Shown piece by piece: positions 62,358 through 64,000 of a DNA stretch of 64,000 bases. The stretch comes from an uncultured Candidatus Binatia bacterium (GTDB lineage Bacteria > Desulfobacterota > Binatia > Bin18), in assembly GCA_965200125.1 (NCBI GenBank), contig OZ241332.1, forward strand, positions 2,334,413 through 2,398,412, written 5' to 3'. The notes beneath the pieces were generated by a model, which was not told where the DNA came from, searched no databases, and worked only from the letters and a program-made list of their open reading frames with translations. How positions within the stretch are numbered: position 1 is the first letter of the stretch; every line of letters starts with the position of its first letter. Both the position numbers and the translations under genes were made by a program.

Positions 62358-63995
62358 TTAGGGCCGGAACTGCAACGCGCGGGGCGCCAGCCGCGCCGGT
62401 TGCGACACCAGCTTGTACGCCGTCTCCACCCACTCGCAGACCAGCGCCCGCGTATCGCGCGGGTCGATCATTTCCTCGATCTCGAACTTGGACAGCGGGC
62501 CGACCGGGCCGCGCGCACTTTCGATGCGCGCCATGAGTTCCGCGCGCAACGCCCGCGGGTCCTCGGCCTCGGCCAACTGCCGCTTGTAGGCCGCCTCGAT
62601 GCCGCCCTCCGGCGGAATGCCGCCGGCATCCACCGCGGGCCACGCCACGCGCACCGACGGCCGCGCTCGCGGCGTGGCGTAGTTGTTGCCCGCCACGCCG
62701 AAGCTGCGCCGCATGAGCACCGTGAAGATGGGCACGCCGACCTGCGCGAAGGCGATCATCCATTCGGCCCCGCGGCGGATGGTGCCGGTCCGTTCGTGCT
62801 CCAATCCCACGGCAAAGCCCGGGTTGTCGATCAGGTTCAGGACCGGCAGGTGGAACACGTCGCACAGGTCCAGGTGGCGCGTCAGCTTGCTGCATCCGTC
62901 CGCGGTCAGTGCGCCGCCGTTGGCGTGGCGGCTGTCCGAGGCGATGACCCCGAGCGGATGGCCGTTGAAGCGCACGAAGCCGGTCACCTGATCCGTGCCC
63001 CACAACGGCCCGATCTCGAAAAACGAGTCGGTGTCGGCCATCAGCCGAATGGCGGTGCGCACGTCGAAGGTGGTCGCGCGTTTGCGCGGAATCAGGTCGA
63101 GCAACTCCTCGGCGCGGCGGTCGGGCGGATCCGCGGGATTCGGCGGCAACACGGGCGGCGGCTCGTACACGCTCGACGGCAGGTACGACAGAAACCCCCT
63201 GGTCAGCGCGACCGCTTCCTCCTCGGTCTCCGCCGGATTGTCCACCGAGCCGTTGCGACAGTGGATGTGCCAACCGCCCAGGTCCTCCTTGCTGACGTCG
63301 TAACCCATGGCGTGCTGCACGACCGGCGGGCCGGCCACGAAGAGCTGCGCAACGTCGCGTACCATGACCGAAAAATGTCCGAGGACCGCCTTGGCCGCGC
63401 CGATGCCCACCACGCTGCCGAGCAACAGATTGACGACCGGCACGCTGGCGAGCTGCTCCGCATACATGCTGCTGCCGAGATGTCCGGGCAGGAACGAGCC
63501 GCCCCCGCCTGCCACACGCGGCCGGCCCGCGGTAATGGCGCCGGTGCTCTCCTTGGCGCTGCTCTCTCCCGCTTGCTTCTGCGCCGGCACCATCGCCGCC
63601 ACGCTGCCCCCGCCCGACGAGCCGTCCAGCAGGCGAATCGACGGAATGCGCAACTCCAACGCCAAGCGGTCGAGGTAACCGCTCTTGGCGGCGATCGCGC
63701 CGTCGGCGTGGCCGCCGCGCGAGGTGAAGTCGTCGGCGCAGACCACCGCGGGGCGCCCGTCGATCTTGCCCCATCCGCCGACCATGTTGGCCGGCGTGAA
63801 ATCCGTGACCTTGCCCGCCTCGTCGTACGACGCGAAGCCGGCCACGCTGCCCACCTCGCGGAACGTGCCTTCGTCCAGCAGCAGCCCGATCCGTTCGCGG
63901 CACGTCAACTTCCCGCGGCTCCGCTGGCGTACGACGCCCGGGTCGTCCGAGCCGGGCGCAAGCCGATCGTGGGCGAACCTCTGCATCGCCGCCAC
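62358..63995 (-). CDS. Acyl-CoA carboxylase carboxyltransferase (beta) subunit.
   Basis: RGKLTCRERIGLLLDEGTF .. GGWGKIDGRPAVVCADDFT .. GGALTADGCSKLTRHLDLCDVFHLPVLNLIDNPGF. The start is GTG 63995 or ATG 63986. Only 5 nt remain to the window edge, so the true start is uncertain. Confidence 0.85.
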   Translation of the reverse strand: MAAMQRFAHDRLAPGSDDPGVVRQRSRGKLTCRERIGLLLDEGTFREVGSVAGFASYDEAGKVTDFTPANMVGGWGKIDGRPAVVCADDFTSRGGHADGAIAAKSGYLDRLALELRIPSIRLLDGSSGGGSVAAMVPAQKQAGESSAKESTGAITAGRPRVAGGGGSFLPGHLGSSMYAEQLASVPVVNLLLGSVVGIGAAKAVLGHFSVMVRDVAQLFVAGPPVVQHAMGYDVSKEDLGGWHIHCRNGSVDNPAETEEEAVALTRGFLSYLPSSVYEPPPVLPPNPADPPDRRAEELLDLIPRKRATTFDVRTAIRLMADTDSFFEIGPLWGTDQVTGFVRFNGHPLGVIASDSRHANGGALTADGCSKLTRHLDLCDVFHLPVLNLIDNPGFAVGLEHERTGTIRRGAEWMIAFAQVGVPIFTVLMRRSFGVAGNNYATPRARPSVRVAWPAVDAGGIPPEGGIEAAYKRQLAEAEDPRALRAELMARIESARGPVGPLSKFEIEEMIDPRDTRALVCEWVETAYKLVSQPARLAPRALQFRP

Positions 63996-64000
63996 GTCCT

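Noticed and set aside
60943-63903. 986-aa minus-strand ORF spanning the P450 gene and the carboxyltransferase gene.
   Set aside because: It is an off-frame, Arg/Gly-rich product. It runs antisense to a gene with a clear heme-Cys loop and out of frame with a clear carboxyltransferase. The same reasoning rejects 39821..42415 (minus), 51595..53307 (minus), 11132..12838 (plus), 34810..36522 (plus), 6385..7554 (minus) and 13835..15001 (minus).

Overview
High-GC bacterial chromosomal segment. Hand counts of single 60-nt samples gave about 58% GC or more in ordinary genes, against about 42-48% in two islands. The cell type looks diderm (TolC/HlyD remnants, lipoprotein signal peptide). I cannot assign taxonomy from sequence alone.

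I support about 55 protein-coding genes:
- Redox and catabolic enzymes dominate: an acoA/acoB/acoX-like 2-oxoacid dehydrogenase E1 set, two Rieske oxygenases, two luciferase-like (LLM) oxidoreductases, a PPOX-class protein, a cytochrome P450, an acyl-CoA dehydrogenase, a family III CoA-transferase, a carboxyltransferase and an SDR.
- Housekeeping genes: leuC/leuD, moaA, crcB.
- A translationally coupled partner-switching signalling operon.
- Three toxin-antitoxin loci plus one degraded remnant.
- A 1561-aa secreted repeat protein.

I saw no rRNA, tRNA, CRISPR array, transposase or integrase. Nearly every longer intergenic gap is filled with REP/MITE-like palindromic repeats, and these generate many spurious ORFs in the six-frame track.

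Observations I rank highest:
1. A BrnT / chimeric antitoxin / MazF three-gene cassette (50499-51525).
2. Four tandem ~125-aa four-cysteine modules of no family I recognise at the C-terminus of the giant secreted protein (56837-58354).
3. A low-GC single-gene DUF2130-like (PD-(D/E)xK signature) insertion whose stop overlaps the start of a host Rieske oxygenase operon (38320-39470).
4. An orphan CbbO/NorD-type VWA protein at the end of a Rieske/VOC oxygenase operon, with no MoxR ATPase partner in the window (24824-29657).
5. A membrane-anchored pentapeptide-repeat protein translationally coupled to a Mod-type DNA methyltransferase at the left window edge (1-2065).
6. A thoroughly decayed RTX/type I secretion operon (19157-24146).

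All family assignments rest on motifs I can read in the translations. No database search was run.
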